From assembly GCF_006345805.1 (NCBI RefSeq), contig NC_043012.1, positions 32,302,001 to 32,366,000 of the forward strand: 64,000 nucleotides of DNA, in the 5' to 3' direction. A program made the translations under genes and the position numbers. Below the pieces are notes generated by a model, which saw nothing but the letters and a program-made list of their open reading frames with translations, was not told where the DNA came from and did no database searches. Below are positions 60,670 to 64,000 of this stretch, piece by piece (positions within the stretch are counted from its first letter, which is position 1; the number at the start of each line of letters is the position of its first letter). The stretch is from Octopus sinensis (taxonomy: Eukaryota).

Positions 60670-60889
60670 CTGGGAAGAGTCATTTTCTTTTTGTGCCTTA
60701 TAATTTAACACACTCACCGGTAATATTTCTACTTATTTCTTATTTTTATTTTCCTAAAATTTATGTTGTGTCTTGAAACCTTGTCAATAGTCTTGTAAAT
60801 TTTAGGAAAATAAAAATAAGAAATAAGTGGAAATTTTTACTGGTGTGTGTGTTAATTATAAGGCACAAAAAGAAAATGACTCTCCCCAG
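60670..60889. mobile_element. AT-rich foldback/MITE with ~95-bp imperfect arms
   Basis: ctgggaagagtcattttctttttgtgccttataat... versus ...attataaggcacaaaaagaaaatgactctccccag. Confidence 0.8.
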
Positions 60890-61499
60890 GTCGGAGATTT
60901 GGACAGTACTTGCGTGTATGTGCACACGCACGCAGCTGTATTGCATGCACTAGCACTATGACCCTGCGTTGCCAGGTCATAGTGCTAGTAAACTTATAAT
61001 ATTTGTATGAAATTGTACTGTATTTACATTATAGAATGTACAGAACGTGATCCTTTCATTTATAACTACAGCGATGTAAATTTACTTGTTAAGACACACG
61101 CACGTTACCTATTCATTATAAATAGAGACACAAAATATCAGTACAAATATCTCTATTGTTACAAATTTCTCTCGAAGTATGTATGTGTACATTTTTCATG
61201 GTGCACTTTGTGACATAAGAAGGTAAACTCTTGATAACTATTAAATCATAAATAAATAAATACAAGAATTTTCCAATTTATTATTGTGCAGTATTTTATG
61301 TTCTTTTTTGTTGTTGGGAGTGTGTGCAAACTCTTATTGCATTGCATCAGTTTCTTTCTTTTATTGGGATGTGATACAGTTTTTGTTGTATCAGTGTGTT
61401 GTGTGTGTAATGCAATGGGTAACCAGCCTGCTGATAGTATATTTCTTTGGATATTTGCTATATAGAGCAATCCTTGTGTTTGGGGAATATTTTGTTTAG

Positions 61500-62700
61500 G
61501 TTATATTACTGAATTGACGGTGTCTTGTGTAGAATCATTTCTTGCTGTTTCTAGCAGGGCTATTTTTTGGACAGTGTGTGTAGTGTTAAGGATCCAGGTA
61601 TAGCTTATATGTTTTTTTTTATCATGCTCAGTACTGCAATTATTATTGGTATTATTTTCACCTTCATGTCCCATATCTTGAATGCTTCAATTTCGACGTC
61701 TTTGTACTTTGACAATTTCTCCACTTCTTTTCGGACAATATTTTGGTCAGAAGGGATTGCAATGTCTATCAATAACCAGGAAGTTCTTTTTTTTTTGTCA
61801 ATTCTTGATTATTTCTTCTTTGTCAGTTTGAACAGGCTTATGCCAGAAGACTGTGGCCTCGTCATTGTCTTGTATCTTGTTTGGCACATGTTTATACCAT
61901 TTATTGTCAGTCTTTAAGTTGTAGTGTTGGCATATTGTCCAGTGGATATAACTACTTACTTGGTTGTGTTTGTATATATATTTAGATTTGGTCAGGACTG
62001 GACAACCAGAAATGATGCGGTCAATTGTCTCATTGTACTAGTTTCACATTTTGCAATCGGTGTTAGGACCTGTTTTCATTATTTTGCTTTTCATGTTTGT
62101 TTTTCTCCTCTGACAGTCCTCTGCAATGGATTGGTTAACCAGAAGTTGCTCCTTACAACCATACATCCCTCTCTGGCACCCCTTTTGATCTTCTGGTAAA
62201 ACATTGTTGTTTTCCAACCCAGTTATAGATGACTGATGTGTGTTTCGTAGGATGTTGATAGACATGTTATCGGCCTATAATTTTGTGGTTGTGTGGTGTC
62301 TTTATTTTGGGGAATTATGGTGGTTTGTTCTTCCAGCATCCAGTTCGGTGTTGATTCTGGCTTGCTTATTAAAAAATTAAATGTTGCTGCTATGTGGGTA
62401 TGGGTACTGATGAGGTGTTTCAACCAGAGGGTGGGGACCTTGTCTGTCCCTGGAGTTTTTCAGTTGCTCGTATTCCTCAGTGTGACTGTGCTCTCTTGGC
62501 CTGTGACGGTGGGCCATACCTATGTTGCTATTTTGTTCCTCCTTTCTTTTCTGGTTCCCTATTTACCCACCGAGAATTTTTGCTGTGTTATTTTTTCTTT
62601 TTTTTCTTCCTTATCCCTTCCCAGTAAAACTAAATTGCTGATGTTGTTGGTATGTCATCTCTTGATATGGTATATTGTTTAACTTTATGTAAAGTCTTCT
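61500..62700 (-). mobile_element. R4/Dong-type RT fragment
   Basis: PNWM...T.IIP....QPQNYRPITCLST and LPEDQKGCQRGMYGCKEQLLVN. Confidence 0.8.
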
Positions 62701-62944
62701 CATGTTTATTTTAAATTCTCTATTTTCTTGGAAGAAGCGTTTCCCATTTTTCATACTGCTGTATGAGGCAATTTTTTGCTGCTATGTCCTGCTTAATTTT
62801 TTTCTTTTACCTCTCAGGTATCTTCTTTATTTTTTATGTTGTATTGTTTTGTCATATGGACATTTTTATTTTTCATATTCGATCCCACTTTCTCTAGTTC
62901 ACAAAGAAGTGATATTATTATAATTGTTGTTGTTGTTGTTGTTA

Positions 62945-63260
62945 ACTGGCAGAATCATTAGCACACTGGATGAAATGCTTAATGGTATTTTGCCCGTTGC
63001 TATGTTCTGTGTTCAAATTCCACCAAGGTCAACTTTGCTTTTCATCCTGTCAATAAAATAAGTACCAGCTGAGTACTGGGGTTGATGTGATTGATTTACC
63101 TCCCACCCTGGAAATTTCAGGCTTTGTGCCTATAATAGAAAGGATTATTATTATTATTATTTACCTTTCATCCCTTAGGGATTGATATAATAAGTACCAG
63201 TTGAACACTGGGGTCAATGTTATCAACTCATCACCTCTCCCAAAGTTGCTGCCCTTGTGG
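62945..63260 (+). mobile_element. Two tandem degenerate SINE family A-related copies
   Basis: ctggcagaatcattagc...gttcaaattcc...aaataagtaccag...ggggttgatgt. Confidence 0.65.
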
Positions 63261-63299
63261 CAAAATTTGAAATCATCATCATCATCATTATGATGGAAC

Positions 63300-63610
63300 T
63301 TCTCCACTGCGGCTCAAGGATTGAGACGTGCAGTTTTGATGAGGCTGGTTGCAGGAAGCTGTCGGAGTCTATCCGCCTTTGTCACACCTGCCTGCCAGGC
63401 GTTGCCCTCTTCCACCGGAGTCAATCCTTGCTCCGCCGTTGGGGGTCTTGATGTTGGTGTTTGGTCGTATTTAGTCTGAGACCTCATCTTCAACCTTGCC
63501 GCCATGGATGGCCCTACCAGGAGTCTAAGACTCCAGGCGCCATCGCTCTCGGAATCATTGGAACACACAAGATCTTCCACCACGGCAAGAGACAACCATC
63601 GGAAGAGATA
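63300..63610 (-). mobile_element. Isolated RTE-type 5'UTR fragment
   Basis: cttgccgtggtggaagatcttgtgtgttccaatga...cctggtagggccatccatggcgg shares the motif seen at 28670-28700. Confidence 0.5.
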
Positions 63611-64000
63611 TTGCATGTACATTATAGTGATTAAGCTATTTCTTAAAACCATATCCAGAGTTGCTCCCCTTGCTCATTTAAAAAAAATGTTATTCATTGA
63701 CTATTGTTTTTTTTATTTTCTACATAATTATTTTGAGTTATATTTAATACTCCCTTACTTTCAAAATGTTAACACTAACTAAATTATATTATCGGATTAG
63801 TCTACTAAATATTTCATAATTTATTGGGAATTTTTAGATCCAGGAGAACATAATTATTTACATTAGAGATTTTATTTTCCCAGGCAAGGCAGTAGAAAAC
63901 ATTCCCATTAGACTGTCACAATTTTTGACCATTATATTTGACATTTAGGTTATCTCATTTCAGTTATCAACCTGTTTAGTGATAAAAAGATTTTTTTTTT

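Overview
AT-rich, microsatellite- and transposon-dense animal DNA with no prokaryotic features. The SINE and (GAT)n-tailed RTE repertoire suggests an octopus or other coleoid cephalopod (inference). Two spliced host genes can be assembled by hand. (1) A + strand IAP gene of at least 6 exons (352-18717, about 318 aa, BIR-BIR-UBA-like-RING) with a 22-nt micro-exon. Its RING stops at an in-frame TGA just before a still-encoded canonical-looking tail (KKEAYLC*). (2) A - strand gene for an unrecognised ~178-aa multi-pass membrane protein with intramembrane His residues (exons 39889-40163 and 36550-36831). The rest is a nested TE landscape: an IR/DR Tc1, two irritans-type mariners (one with an open 350-aa transposase), CR1, RTE, R4/Dong and Tx1 LINE remnants, Gypsy fragments with a solo LTR, SINEs, a non-autonomous Helitron and several foldbacks. 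The most notable observations are: a complete, 18-bp-TSD-bounded ORF1-only (HAL1-like) Tx1-type retroelement whose 3' tail matches the local tRNA-SINE family; five Penelope-type minimal hammerhead ribozyme motifs, two with intact cores; the truncated IAP RING tail; and a tRNA-Lys 5'-half/SINE/RTE chimera. All calls are by eye; coordinates of degraded repeats are approximate.
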